Shown: positions 1 through 13,285, numbered from the stretch's first letter. The stretch is 64,000 bases of DNA from Octopus sinensis (GCF_006345805.1 NC_042999.1:3658001-3722000); one strand, 5' to 3'. A program made the numbers and translations. Notes: a model not told the origin generated them from the sequence alone.

Positions 1-29
1 AAACCCATAGCAGCATATAAGATGCACGT

Positions 30-200
30 TAAATGATGATGGTGAGGATTGTGGTGGTGGTGGTGGTAGTGGTGACGAGAGTTGTAGTGACTATGATGAT
101 GTTGGTAGCAGCAGAGGTAATGGTTATGGTACAGATGATGACGACAATAATGGCTGTAATGATGATGATGATGATCATGTCAACGACAATGAACAAGAAA
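30..200. repeat. Degenerate (ATG/GTG)n trinucleotide low-complexity tract
   Basis: Runs of gatgat/ggtggt; explains the M/V-rich and T/I-rich ORFs 33..254 and 29..235. Confidence 0.9.
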
Positions 201-327
201 CAATATTTTCTTAAGATACTGTATGAGTTTATCAATAAGCTAATGCTGACCTGATATCAATTTCTAGTTTCAACCATTTCACTTAAATTACTAATGTCAT
301 GAACATCACAGCTTTCCACGTACAACG

Positions 328-362
328 ATATATATATATATAGAAAAGTCGATGCCTACATC

Positions 363-398
<36 letters not shown>

Positions 399-407
399 GT
401 ATGTATG

Positions 408-485
<78 letters not shown>

Positions 486-488
486 GTG

Positions 489-533
<45 letters not shown>

Positions 534-555
534 GTTATATATATATGTATGTATG

Positions 556-599
<44 letters not shown>

Positions 600-850
600 G
601 TGGTACATGGAAAGCTGTGATGTTCATGAACATATTGATAACTTCATTTTAGAATTCATACGTAAAAAGTATATATATATATATATACACACCACACACA
701 TATATATATATATATACACACACATATATATATACACACACACATATATATATATACATAGATATATATATATGCACACACACACACACACACACATATA
801 GATACATATATATATATATATATACACACACATATATATATATATCCTTT
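328..850. repeat. Compound (TA)n/(TATG)n/(CA)n microsatellite
   Basis: Direct inspection; source of the YI-repeat ORFs. Confidence 0.95.
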
Positions 851-1097
851 TTACATATGAATTCTAGAATGAAGTTATCAATGTCTTTTATATTCTTCAT
901 GGCTATATCTAGTTACCTCATCATACTTACTAATACTTATAAGATTTATTGATCTAAAATAGAAGAGAGATCAAATTGTCTTTGACAGGTGTCAGTGACA
1001 TAAACCTAAATTTTCACTTCCCATTTTGCATCACTGAGCTAACATCTTTTACATCACAAAACTTTTACTGCCACTGTCTCATATATATATACATATA

Positions 1098-1488
1098 TTC
1101 TTTTACTTGTTTCAGTCATTTGACTGTGGCCATGCTGGAGCACCGCCTTTAGTTGAGCAAATCGACCCCAGGACTTATTCTTTGTAAGCCTAGTACTTAT
1201 TCTATCGGTTTTTTTGCTGAATCGCTAAGTTACGGGGATGTAAACACACCAGCATCAGCTGTCAAGCGATGTTGTAGGGGGCACACACTAACATATACAC
1301 ATACACACACATATACATATATATGTATACATACATACAACGGGCTTCTTTCCGTTTCCGTCTACAAAATCCACTCACAAGGCTTTGGTTGTTGTGAGGC
1401 TATAGCAGAAGACACTTGCCCATGGTGCCACGTAGTGGGACTGAACCCGGAACCATGTGGTTGGTAAGCAAGCTACTTACCACACAGC
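1098..1488 (-). mobile_element. Family A tRNA-derived CORE-type SINE (octopus OR-like)
   Basis: Reverse complement of the 38029-38415 copy: head ...gctgtgtggtaag...ggttcagtccc, CORE-like gcaccatgggcaagtgtc, tail ccagcatggccacagtc...ctgaaacaagtaaaag. Confidence 0.85.
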
Positions 1489-2554
1489 TTTATAAGTGAA
1501 TTTGGTAGACAGAAACAGTGTGAAAGCCCATCATATATGTATATCTGTTTATGTCTGTGTGTCTCCCCATCTCAATCACTTCACAACTGTTGTTGGTTTG
1601 TATACGTCCCTTTAACTTTAGTGATTCAGCTAATGGGGAACAATAAAATAAATACCAGACTTAAAAATAGAAGTTCTGGGGATGATCTACTCAACTAAAC
1701 TCTTCAAGAGTGGTGCTGCAGCATGGCTGCATTCCAAAGACTGAGAAACAAGATAAAAGATTTTATTTTTATTTCTGTTTATCTAATTCTTTGTACCACT
1801 TGCATCCCCTCATTATCATACCATTTGCTTCTGACAGCTTCCTTATTATCATCCTCATCCTGCCCTTCAGCCTGATGTTGTTCCTTCTCTAGGAGGTCAT
1901 CTTGTGATTCAAGTTCATAATAGTTTGATACTCAGCCATTGTCTATTAATCTTCATAGTTTAAGTATCATTTCTCAATTCTCACAGTGTACACGCCAGGC
2001 ATCAGTCTCAATACGATGTATGTGCACAGCCATATACAGTAATGTGATTATCTGCTCCATCTCTCCATATATAAACGGCAAAATGTCTGTGTGTGTGTAT
2101 GCGCATGTCCTTTATACAAATCCACAATTTTTCAGTTAGAGGGCTCAGACTTTCTATGGTCATTCAAAACCGTCCAAGGGTGGTCGTGCACATCTTTACA
2201 TTTCCCCAGTCACCCTACAAAGCCATTAAAAAATTAAAAGAAGTGACTTTTTGTGAATATTCTATCCAAAACCCAATCAAAATGCCCGAACCTTGATACG
2301 CCAATTGAATGCCAGCTAGCTGTATGTGATTGGTCGGAGATTTGGACAGTACTCGTGTGTATGTGCGCATGCACACAGCTGTATATACATGCACTAGCAC
2401 TATGACCCAGCAATGCTAGGTCATAGTGCTAATTTTATTATAATTCTCCCAAAGACCAGCAGAAAGGTGACTGGTTGGTAGAAAATCATAAAAGAAACAT
2501 TTTGTGCTAAAGTCAAAGTAGAATCACACACGAGAATTTTAAATGGATTAAGTG

Positions 2555-2752
2555 GATTTTGTTACCATACTTCTGATGAAATAAAACTGACTTTCTTTCA
2601 ATTAAACTTGGAAATAACGAAGAATTTATTACAATAATTATTATTAAGTTGCTGTCTGGAACATAAAGTAACATAAAATTTTGATGAAGGGTTTAAATTT
2701 AGATCACTTTAAAATATGAAGTGGTTCTTAGTGGATTCCTATCAAAAGGGTA
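2555..2752. mobile_element. Diverged piggyBac-type MITE fragment
   Basis: Similar in reverse orientation to the TTAA-flanked element at 34160-34379; ends ...atcaaaaggg. Confidence 0.5.
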
Positions 2753-2761
2753 TTAAAAATC

Positions 2762-3188
2762 GTTGAAGGCAGCAAGCAGGCAGAAATGTTAGCACGCCGG
2801 GCGAAATGCGTAGCAGTATTTCATCTGCCGTTACTTTCTGAGTTCAAATTCCGCTGAGGTCGACTTTGCCTTTCATCCATTCAGGGTCGAAAAATTAAGT
2901 ACCAGTTATGCACTGGGGGGGGGGGTGATGTAATCGACTTAATCCGTGTGTCTGTCCTTGTTTGTCCCCTCTGTGTTTAGCCCCTTGTGGGTAGTAAAGA
3001 AAGAGGTATTTTGTCTGTCTTAACATTCTGAGTTCAAATTCCGCTGAGGTCAACTTTACCTTTCATCCTTTTGGGGTCGAAAATTTAAGTACCAGTTACG
3101 CACTGGGGTCGATGTAATCGACTTAATCCGTTTGTCTGTCCTTGTTTGTCTCCTCTGTGTTTAGCCCCTTGTGGGTAGTAAAGAAATA
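2762..3188 (+). mobile_element. Family B SINE (tRNA-like head, Nin-like central domain), head-body-tail-body-tail dimer
   Basis: gaaggcagcaagc...gagttcaaattcc (B box)...gcctttcatcc...gtcga...aagtaccagtt; 13-bp flanking direct repeat ggtattaaaaatc at 2749-2761 and 3189-3201. Domain name is from recall. Confidence 0.85.
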
Positions 3189-3503
3189 GGTATTAAAAAT
3201 CAAGCAGACTGCTTAGGAGTCTAGAAATTGTACCTCTGAAACACATTCTTTTTTACTATTTTATCTAAGTATTGTTGCACTTTAAAAGAGTTACATCTGC
3301 TTGGAGTAGGGGATAAAGATTATAATTCTTGTGATAATTGTGAAATAAAAGAAGTCGAATCATTAAAGTCTTCATTCATCATTGTTCAGTCCCACTGTGT
3401 GGCACATTGGACAACTGTCTCACACAATAGACCCCCACCTGACTGGCATGGTTGGACGGTTTGACATTCACACATACAGACTAAAAGACAGATTTATTTT
3501 ATT

Positions 3504-3908
3504 ACTCTTTTACTTGTTTCAGTCATTTGACTGCGGCCATGCTGGAGCACCACCTTTAGTCGAGCAAATCAACCCCAGGACTTATTTTTGTAAGCTTAGT
3601 ACTTATTCTATTGGCCTCTTTTGCCAAACCGCTAAGTTACAGGGACGTAAACACACCAACATCGATTGTCAAGTGAAATTGGGGGTAGGACAAACACAGA
3701 CACACAAACGTATACCACACACACATATATATATATACATATATATGATGGGCTTCTTTCAGTTTCCGTCTACCAAATCCACTCACAAGGCTTTGGTCAG
3801 CCTGAGGCAATAGTAGAAGACACTTGCCCAAGGTGCCACACAGTGGGACTGAACCCGGAACCATGTGGTTCGTGAGCTAACTACTTAGCACACAGCCACT
3901 CTTATGCC
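3504..3908 (-). mobile_element. Family A CORE-type SINE
   Basis: Full head/core/tail match to the other family A copies. Confidence 0.85.
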
Positions 3909-6637
3909 TATTGTCAAAGATATCAAACTTCAAGATTATAGATAATCTTCTTTGGTGGAATTTGCATATTTTTCAATATTTTTTTGTAAAATTGCTAAAG
4001 AAAGAAGAGAAAAATACCCAAAGGTAAAATGTGGGTGAAAACATAAGTACTAAAACACTGATGTTTGAAATTAGCCAAGCAACTGGGAAGAAAGAAATGT
4101 TCTAAGCTTAAGAGGAATACTTCCTTCCTGATAATACAGGAAGCAAATTAAAGAATAAAGGCAAAAAACAAGACACTGACATTGAGTGTGGTATATAGCA
4201 TGCCTACATGTATTTCCTAGCAGGGATTATATTGTGTTCATGAACAAGGTATCTAACATACGCCTGCTACACTTCATTAAGCTACAGAAGAATCTTTAGA
4301 TTGTCTCATATGTTAACATTGAGCAGGGGGCAGGGAGGGAGTGGATAGTATTCTATATGGCATTACTTTCATGCAACCAAAATAAGAAGCAAGCTATGGA
4401 ACCACAATCCATTAAGGCTGATGGAAAAAGTATTGAGTAATTTATTAATTCTAATGTCTGTGTGTTTATTGCTTTAGTTATTTATTTCGGTTTGATATCT
4501 CCTGTGATTGCTTGTTGTTACATATTTATAGCCAACTACGATATCTCCTTATTAAATATCATAGTTATTTCACAACCATATAGCTGCTTGTTGTAGCAGA
4601 TGCTTGCTATTATCCTCTGGCTGCTGTATTGTAATGAACTGGAATTTTCAACATTAAACAAACACAACAAGAAAAGGTTAAGTATATATACAGAGGGAGA
4701 GAGAGAAAAAATGAAAAAAAAACACTTGTAGTTGCAGATAATTTTTTTCTTACCTCTTCTATTGCAACATAAACCATAAAGAAGATAAAGGAAATCCTAT
4801 TAAATATTCACATTTACTGGATCAATGGCAAGAGAGAAAACATTCAATCGTTTAATGACATTCCATTTAAATGATAAATTCTCTATTTAATAAAACAACA
4901 AATTGATATGATTCCATCGATGTGATATATGTTTTCTATTCCAAAACAATTTTCTTTGTGGAACGCAGTTCGTTAAGACATAAACAGAACAAAGAATTGG
5001 GAAAAGTGTAGAATATATTTAGAACTTATAAGGATAAATGTTTTGTATATTAACTGAAAATTGTCATTCATACGAAACTATAACTTTTGTTATGTGTAAG
5101 ATATATTTGTCAGATGTGATATTCATATTATAAACTATAAACAAACTTATTTCTGAGACCATTGAAGATTGTGTGGTTTCTTTTTGATCTGGGTTCTATT
5201 TTCTCTTTTGCGAAAACTAATTTCACTTGAAATTCATGTAGATTTAGAACATTTATAGTTCAATAAAAATATCTTTTGGAAGAACGTACTGAAAATACAT
5301 TTCGGATAATAGAGCAGAGATTCCTTGAAGGATTTCAGCTAAGGCGAGAAATAAGGTGATTTCGAAATATCAAAGAGCAGACGAATCATATCACCATCAA
5401 ATAATGATCTAGATTTAGAAGTTACAAACTTCAGCAACTCAAAATATGTATGGCTGTATAGCAAAGATGTTTGCTTCAAAACTATGTGATGCCAGGTTCA
5501 ATCCCACCAAGTGACACTTAGGTATTTATTCAGTATATAAAAACAAAGGAGGGGAATTTTTAAAAAGAATCCTATCTCAGTTTGAGGGGGAATATTCCAA
5601 ACCTACTCCTTCTCCCTGTTTGGCTTTAACCCCTTTAATCAAATACTAAACCAGATTTGATTCAGATATAAATATTATAGAAAGACAAGCACCTATCTCT
5701 GGTTTATGGACGACAGCAAGTTGCATGCTACTGCTAAAGAATAAATAGGGAAAAATGGTAAATGCTATACAAATTTATTTGTGGAATTCATATGAAATTA
5801 GGTTTTCAAAAACATGCACCAAGTCAACTTTGAAGAGAGAAAATAAATTACTAAAAAACAGTAGTATCAGATTAGATAAAGAAACAGGCTAAGAGAATTA
5901 GATCATCACAGACTTAGAAATACTTAGGAATTAATGTACAAAATAGAATACAACACGCACAAACGGAAGGAAAATTCAGAAAAGAATGTTGTAGATGAGA
6001 AAATATTTAAGACAGACAACAATGGAGCCCTTATGTAGTATCTTGATATGCTAGAAACTCAGGCAAATTTCCCTTAAATAACATATCACTAACCTTAAAA
6101 AAATACACAAGGACATATTTATCATTATCTTGTCTGTCTTCCATGCTAATATGGGATAGGAATGGTTCAACAGGTACCAATAAGACCTAAGACTGTGTTG
6201 AGCTCCAATGCCTACTTTGGCATGATTTTTATGGCTGGGTGCTGTTCCTACTTAGCTAAGAATATTGAATGCTGTTCCTAACATCAACTTGATTTTTTAT
6301 TACCCACAAGGGGCCAACATAGAGGGGACAATACAATCTGATTTTGGGGTCAGATGAGCGAATGATTATACAAAAGAAAATGACATTAAAAATTTTACAA
6401 AAACAAGAAAATATAATAAAATCAAATGGTAGGACAGACCCTAACACCAACTACTAACTGGGTGTTTTTTTATGTTTGCATATTAGATCATATAAATCCA
6501 CCTCTACTAAATATGCTAGCACAATATAGATACACGTGATATAATGTGCTGCCCATAAATGAGATTCAGATGGTTGTAGGTCTCTGTTCAATCAGGATGG
6601 ACCTGGGAGCTAAACAACTTAAAACAGGGCTAAGTCT

Positions 6638-6835
6638 TTATTTACATTCAACGGATATATGTCCTCATCATCTTGTTTGTTGCTACCACAAAATTTTAGT
6701 TGATTTACCCTCCAGCCTTCATCAGGTGTCCTGGCAGAATTTTGAACCCAACCATGGGTAAATCAGCCGAAACATTATGGTAACAACAAACAAGATAAGG
6801 ACAGATATCCATCCAATGTAAATAATGTAAATAAT
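6638..6835. mobile_element. Penelope pseudo-LTR-like inverted repeat with a decayed hammerhead
   Basis: Imperfect inverted arms 6638-6710 and 6757-6825; minus strand GACAC-CTGATGA-AGGCTG...; (aatgtaaat)n tail. Confidence 0.55.
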
Positions 6836-7029
6836 GTACAGAATTCCTCATCTCAAAAATATAGAACAGTACAGAGCTAAATGTTAAAAAGAAAAAATGT
6901 AACAGGCTTCAATACTCTAGATCAGTGGTTATCAAACTTTCTAATACTCAGGCCAAATCCAAAACCTAGATTTTTTTTAGGGGTTGCACCAACAAAAATA
7001 AAACACAAATCATTAACATCACCATCATG

Positions 7030-7375
7030 GTCATCATCATCATTTAACGTCTGTTGTCCATGCTGGTATGGGTCAGACAGTTAGACCAGGGTTGGTAAGC
7101 TGGAAGGCTGCACCAGACTCCAATCTGATTCAGCATAGTTTCTATGGCTGGATGCCCTTCCTAATGCCAACCACTCCAAGAGTGTAATGGGTGCTTTTAC
7201 ATGCCACCGGCACAGGTGCCAGTTGTGTGACACCAGTATTTGCCACAACTATGATTTTATTTGGCTTGATGGGTCTTCTCAAGCACAGCATATTGGCAAA
7301 GGTCTCGCTCATTTGTCATTGTCTCCGTGAGGCCCAACACTTGAAAGGTGCTTTTTACATGCCACCAGCATCGGC
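7030..7375 (-). mobile_element. Family C repeat (RTE-tail-like SINE/LINE 3' end, (GAT)n tail)
   Basis: catcatcatttaacgtc...ggatgcccttcctaatgccaaccactcc shared with more than 12 copies in the window. Confidence 0.75.
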
Positions 7376-7487
7376 CCTGAAGAGAAAAATTTACTAAATT
7401 TATAGAGGAACGACTGTTGGGGGAGGGGGCTGCCAGAAGGGTGCTTGAGAGTTGCCTGCAGCCCTGGGAGATGCAGTGGAGAACAGC

Positions 7488-7700
7488 TAATCCTTTCTAC
7501 TATAGGCACAAGGCCTGAAATGTTGGGGTAGGGGACTAGTTGATTACATTAACCCCAGTGTTTCACTGGTGCTTATTTTACTGACCCCGAAAGGATGAAA
7601 GGCAAAGTCGACCTTGACGGAATTTGAACCCAGAACATAGTGACAGTTGAAAGATGGCTAAGCATTTCGTCCAGTGAGCTAACGATTCTGCCAGCTCACT
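7488..7700 (-). mobile_element. Family B SINE, alternative tail
   Basis: ccccgaaaggatgaaaggcaaagtcgac...ctgccagctc. Confidence 0.8.
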
Positions 7701-7807
7701 GCTCTGTAGATGCTCAGGTGATAAATTGTAATAATGATATTCCGAAATGTGAACTACGTGAATTACCACAACTACACAGGGTTAACAAATAAATAATAAA
7801 TAAAGCA

Positions 7808-8200
7808 GAAATGGCTGTGTGGTAAGAAGCTTGCTTCCTAAGAACATGGTTCCGGGTTCATTCCCACTGTGTGGCACCTTGGGCAAGTGTTTTCAACTAT
7901 AGCCTTGTGAGCGGATTTGGTAGATGGAAACTGAAAGAAGCCCATCATATGTATATATACATATATGTGTATGTATGTATGTGTGTGTGTATTTGTGCCT
8001 GTGTTTTTCCCCTCAACATCGCTTGACAACCGATGCTGGTGTGTTTACATCCCTGTAACTTAACAGTTTGGTAAAAGAAACCAATAGAATAAGTACTAGG
8101 CTTACAAAGAATAAGTCCTGGGGGTTGATTTGTTTGACTAAAGGTGGTGCTCCAGCATGGCCACAGTCAGATGACTGAAACAAGTGAAAGGATAAAAGAA
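7808..8200 (+). mobile_element. Family A CORE-type SINE
   Basis: tggctgtgtggtaag / gggttcattccc / gcaccttgggcaagtg / ccagcatggccacagtc tail. Confidence 0.85.
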
Positions 8201-8261
8201 CTGCATTTAGAATGCTCCACCAAAAGTCAGACATAGAATTTTATTTAAAACCATTGGTGTG

Positions 8262-8500
8262 ATATATATTTTTTTACAACCCAAAAGGGGCTAAACACAG
8301 AGGGGACAAACAAGGACAGACAAAGGGATTAAGTCGATTACATCAACCCCAGTGCAAAACTGGTACTTTATTTATCGACCACGAAAGGATGAAAGGCAAA
8401 GTCGACCTTGGCAGAATTTGAACTCAGAACGTAAAGACAGACGGAATACCGCTAAGCATTTCGCCCGGCACGCTAACGATTCTGCCAGCTCGCCGCCTTA
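8262..8500 (-). mobile_element. Family B SINE
   Basis: Full reverse-complement match to the 23974-24211 copy. Confidence 0.85.
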
Positions 8501-8641
8501 CATTGCTCTAACATAGAAATCTGCTGCATCTAAAATATTATTAGGAAAGTCCTTCTATAGAACTACAAAACTATCCACCAAAGAATAAAGGTAATTTCTA
8601 TGAATGGCTCCAAAATATAAACACAAGAAACATCTACTTAC

Positions 8642-8688
8642 CTTTGTTCAACACTGAGTTAGAGGCACCCCCTTCTCGTTTTTGTCAC
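8642..8688 (-). other. Candidate non-coding exon (47 nt)
   Basis: Minus-strand ctctatttcag acceptor and AAAG|gtaagt donor; stops in all three frames. Confidence 0.25.
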
Positions 8689-9204
8689 CTGAAATAGAGT
8701 GAGCCATTGATCAGCCTGTTGGGACCTTGTAACTAACAATGCTATTAATCACCAGTTATGATCTCTAGGTAATAACAGGTGATCTATATATGTGTGTGTA
8801 TTTGTGTGTGTGTGTGTGTGTGTATTTGTGTGTGTGATTGTGTGTGCACACGCATGCATTGGTTGCTTGCTTGTTAACTTGATTTCTTCAGTCACATTCC
8901 ACATCATATAGAGAAAGGGGGAGACAGAGTAAAAGAGAGATACAGTGAGAGTTAACAGAATAAGAGCAAGACAAGTGTCATATATGAGGTTTGGTGGCAG
9001 GCAAAGAGTAAAAGAACACCTACACACAGTGAGCCAGATTCATAGTTAGTGAAGAGGATAGGGAATAAATGACAGAAGTTTTACAGAAATGAGTATACAA
9101 ATGTGTCTGTCCCCTCCACGACCACCACCACTGCCTAACAACAGTAACAGAAATGAGAGATGCGTTTTATTTTTTTAAGGTAATAAACAGTTTTCCTTTG
9201 TAAA

Positions 9205-9470
9205 TTAGTATCATCATTATCATCGTTTAATGTCCGTTTTCCATGATAGTATGGGTTCCACGGTTTGACCAGGGTCTGGGAAGCCAGGAGGCTGCACCAG
9301 GCTCCAGTCTGATTTGGCAGTTTTCTACAGCTGGATGCCTTTCCTAATGCCAACCACATCGTGGGTGTAGTGGGTGCTTTTTATGTGTCACCGGCACAGG
9401 GGCCAGAGGAGGCTGGCAAATGGCCACGATCGGTTGGTGCTTTTACATGTCACCGACACAGATGCCAAAA
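9205..9470 (-). mobile_element. Family C repeat
   Basis: catcgtttaatgtccgttttccatg...ggatgcctttcctaatgcc. Confidence 0.8.
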
Positions 9471-9734
9471 CAAGGGGGTTTTACTATTGATAAACCCAAA
9501 ATTGTTGAAAACAGTTTTTGTTATGTATGCAAATAAATCTAAAAACATTTCAACGTTTTGTATAAGCACCAAAAAATTCGATAAAAGATGTGATTATTAT
9601 AAGTATGTATGCCACATTTCTTGGTACACATGGTGGTAAAAGTACAGACTTCCAAAGTCAGCTGTCATTTGACAAGAAACACTAGCAGAGAAAAAAGTAT
9701 AATTTGACCATTTTCTACAGACTATGAATGCAGA

Positions 9735-9868
9735 TGTGGATGCATTGTAAGAAGTTTGCTTCCCAACCACATGGTTCCAGGTTCAGTCCCACTGCATGGC
9801 ACCTTGGGAAAGTGTCTTCTACTATAGCCTTGTGAGTGGATTTGGTTGACGGAAACTGAAAGAACCCC

Positions 9869-9903
<35 letters not shown>

Positions 9904-10235
9904 TTGTGTGTCTGTTTGTCACACCTGGTAGAAACCCTGCCAGATCAGATTGGAGCCTGGCGCAGCCATCTGGTTCGCCAGTCCTCAGTCAAAATCGTCC
10001 AACCCATGCTAGCATGGAAAGCAGACGTTAAATGATGATGATGTTGATGATGATGACATACACCCCACCATCACTTGACAACTGATGTTGGTGTGTTTAC
10101 ATCCCTGTAACTTAACAGTTCAGTAAAAGAAACCAATAGAATATGTACTAGACTTACAAAGGTTGATTTGTTCGACTAGAGGCAGTGCTCCAGCATGGCT
10201 GCAATCAAAATAACTGAAACAAATAAAAGAATAAA
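9735..10235 (+). mobile_element. Family A SINE interrupted by a family C 3' fragment (about 9925-10055)
   Basis: Family A head/core 9735-9865, family C tail ending gatgatgat, then family A tail. Confidence 0.7.
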
Positions 10236-10482
10236 AGAATTAGTGAAAACAGAAATGCAATGACCATCTGCTGTAATTTTTTTTTGTTTTTGGTCAGCAG
10301 TCAAATAAATCACCAATGGCCAGACAGATGAGTATAAAGAAACATGGGATGAATTACAAAATATCTGACACAAATGAACAACAGAGAAGACAATAATAAA
10401 AGAAGCAGAGACATTAGCAGTGGCTGAGAAGCAATAAATTGAAAGATAAGCCACAGAAGACCACAAAGAATTTTCTCCAAAA

Positions 10483-10868
10483 CAGGTGCAGGAGTGGCTC
10501 CGTAGTAAGAAGTTTGCTTCCCAACCACAGAGTTCCGGGTTCAGTCCCACTGCACGGTACCTTGGACATGTGTCTTCTACTATAGCCTGGGGCTGACCAA
10601 AGCCTTGTGAGTGGATTTGGTAGACGGAAACTGAAAAAAGCCCATCATATGTGTGTGTGTGTGTGTGTGTGTGTTTGTGTTTGTCCCTCTCCCATCTTTT
10701 GTCAATCAATGTTGATGTGTTTATGTCTCTGTAACTTAGCAGTTTGGCAAAAGAGACCTATAGAATAAGTACTGGGCTTACAATGAATAAGTCCTGGGGT
10801 CGAATTATTTAACTGAAAGGCAGTGCTCAAGCATGGTTGCAGTCAAATGACTGAAACAAGTAAAAGCA
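10483..10868 (+). mobile_element. Family A CORE-type SINE
   Basis: Full head/core/tail. Confidence 0.85.
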
Positions 10869-11564
10869 ATATAATGGAGGAGAACACAGAAAAAGTAAAG
10901 ATGAAATACGAGGAGAATGTGATGACATATCAGAGGAGGCTCTTGATCATAACAGTGTAGCAAAATGGCAGTGCCCCAGCATGGCCACAGCTTTAAGCTG
11001 AAACTGATGAAAAAAATATATATATACATATATATAAAATGGGCTTCTCTTCAGTATCTGTCTACCAATTCCACTCACAAGGCTTTAGTCAGATCACAGC
11101 AGAGGACGGATGATAAATGATGAGGATGATGACGGCGATAACAGAGTCTTGTTTAGAAAGGAAATAGAGCATCCAGCTGTGAAGCAATGCTCCAGTATGA
11201 CCAAAGCAATGATGGCTAAAACAGACTAAAGAACTTTTAAATTCATCCCAGGAGAATCATGATGCAGAGAAGTTGCTTAAATTGAAAATGAACAAAGATT
11301 CTTCAACTATAAACATTAATAGGATTTTACAAGATGTATTGGGAGTAGATAACAGGGACTTGGTGATGTGGATGTTGATAGATGAAACTCTATTGTAGTG
11401 GTTGGGTATTTGAATATGATAGATAAAAGTAGATTACAGTGTTTAGATATATGAATGTAGATAGAAAAGTCATTTCCAATGAGGTTTTGATCGATGAGAA
11501 TTTAAATTAAGAGAGAGAATAAAGGTCTTAAAGCAAGTGATTGCCAGGAGTGTAAATGAAATAC

Positions 11565-11779
11565 ACACACATACATACATACATATATATATATATATAT
11601 TATATATATATATACGTGTAACATTTGTGACTTTTAAACTGGTGAGACGATTTAGTATTTCTTTCAGCATATAGGTATACAAAATTTTTTCCATATCCTT
11701 AATTATATATATATATATATATACATACATATGTATACATACATATATATATATGTATGTATATATTATATATATGCAC

Positions 11780-11821
<42 letters not shown>

Positions 11822-11834
11822 TATATATATGCAC

Positions 11835-11875
<41 letters not shown>

Positions 11876-11951
11876 AATTAAATTAGAGATAAAACCACTA
11901 TTAGGCAACTCCCTAATATTATTATTATATATACCACACATATATATATAT
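11565..11951. repeat. (TA)n/(CATA)n microsatellite cluster
   Basis: Direct inspection. Confidence 0.9.
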
Positions 11952-11952
11952 A

Positions 11953-12347
11953 CTAGCAGTATCGCCCGGCGTTGCTCGGGTTGTAAGGGAAATAACTATA
12001 TAAGCATTTTTAGAGAGTTATAGCCAAAAAATAGCAAAAAAAATGCATTAAAAATTGAAAAAAAATTAAGGTAAATTTTTTTTAAATCGTTGACACATCG
12101 TAGATATTTTTAGAGAGTTACTTCCCTTATATAAAAGCGAAAAAAATGCATTAAAATGGAAAAATATGATGGTAAATTTTTTTTAAATCGTAGACTCATC
12201 GTAGACGCGCGCTAATACCCAGAAGGGCTCGATATGAATCACGACTATAAGATACCCGCTTTTGGTTAAACTGCACTGCAAAATGTGGGAGTAATTACGA
12301 ATGTAAATCGAAGGGGACAGACACACAACTTCACTCTTATATAAAGA
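11953..12347 (-). mobile_element. Non-autonomous Helitron, copy 1
   Basis: Minus strand A|TC...CCCGAGCAACGCCGGG hairpin...CTAG|T with no TSD: canonical Helitron termini. Confidence 0.85.
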
Positions 12348-12779
12348 TGCTTTTTTTTTCAGTCATAGAGTTAGATTTATGAAGGTCTTCAGTAGAAAAT
12401 CCTTCGAATTCTGACTCACTGCTTGATATAATGAAATTCGTATCCATTTTTTGTCAGAATTACAAATTTTGAAAACACAATAGGAACAAATTTCGGAAAA
12501 AAATCTCCCATAATTCACGGAATTAAAATTACACTTCGATTTTTGTACAAAACTGTATTTGAAGTGTTTACGAAGTATAATACGTGTTTTCACGAATGTA
12601 CTAAAGAGATTTACTCTGATATTCTCATTTAAATATGAATAGGTAAATTCGGGCGGTTTGGTAACGAAAGGGTTTATATAAGTGTCGTCTGTTTATACAT
12701 AAACACTGTTTCATAGTTTCAGTTTAGTCTTCCTCAAATCACTGTCGCTAATTTACTCTCTTCCAAGAACATTTTCACT

Positions 12780-13125
12780 CACTGTTATCTGTTAGCTTCC
12801 CATACATTTTACTCATGTATCTATCAGCGTGATAGACAGAAACAAATATTACATTTACTTTCATTTTATTCGTTGCCCACTGTGTGTGTGCGTTTGCGTG
12901 TGGTATAAACCAGACTAAGAAAAGCATTTGACACACACACCAGAATGTGAGTTTTCTGTAAATTTTGCTTAATTGGAGTTTAAATTTTAAAAACTGGACC
13001 TGGCATCACGCGATGCATTGTACTCTTAAAACTGCTAGGTAAATTGTAATTGAAGAAATCCTATATTGTAGATTTGTATAACTCCCAAAGGGAGGCAGAT
13101 AAAATCTGCCTTTTATAATAAGAGA
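12780..13125 (-). mobile_element. Possible second Helitron-like family (5' end only)
   Basis: Minus strand A|TCTCTTATTATAAAAGGCAG start; 3' CTAG end not found. Confidence 0.3.
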
Positions 13126-13172
<47 letters not shown>

Positions 13173-13250
13173 ATATATATGTGTGTGTATATATATGTGT
13201 ATATATATATATGTATGTGTGTGTGTACATATGTATGTATATAACACACA

Positions 13251-13285
<35 letters not shown>

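Noticed and set aside
29-900. ORFs rich in YI, HT, CV or MV repeats here and at 11470-11941, 13006-13365, 37081-37518 and 38848-39385
   Set aside because: They are translations of (TA)n, (CA)n and (ATG)n microsatellites.
1153-1467. Recurrent ORFs such as STYSIG..., GLLSVSVYQIHSQG..., RNWYLIYRPRKDER..., LQLDALPNANHS...
   Set aside because: They are frames through SINE families A, B and C; their recurrence reflects repeat copy number, not a gene family.
4200-4800. Several short exon-like segments on both strands (for example 4754-4796 minus)
   Set aside because: Conflicting strands and phases; indistinguishable from chance splice-like sites.
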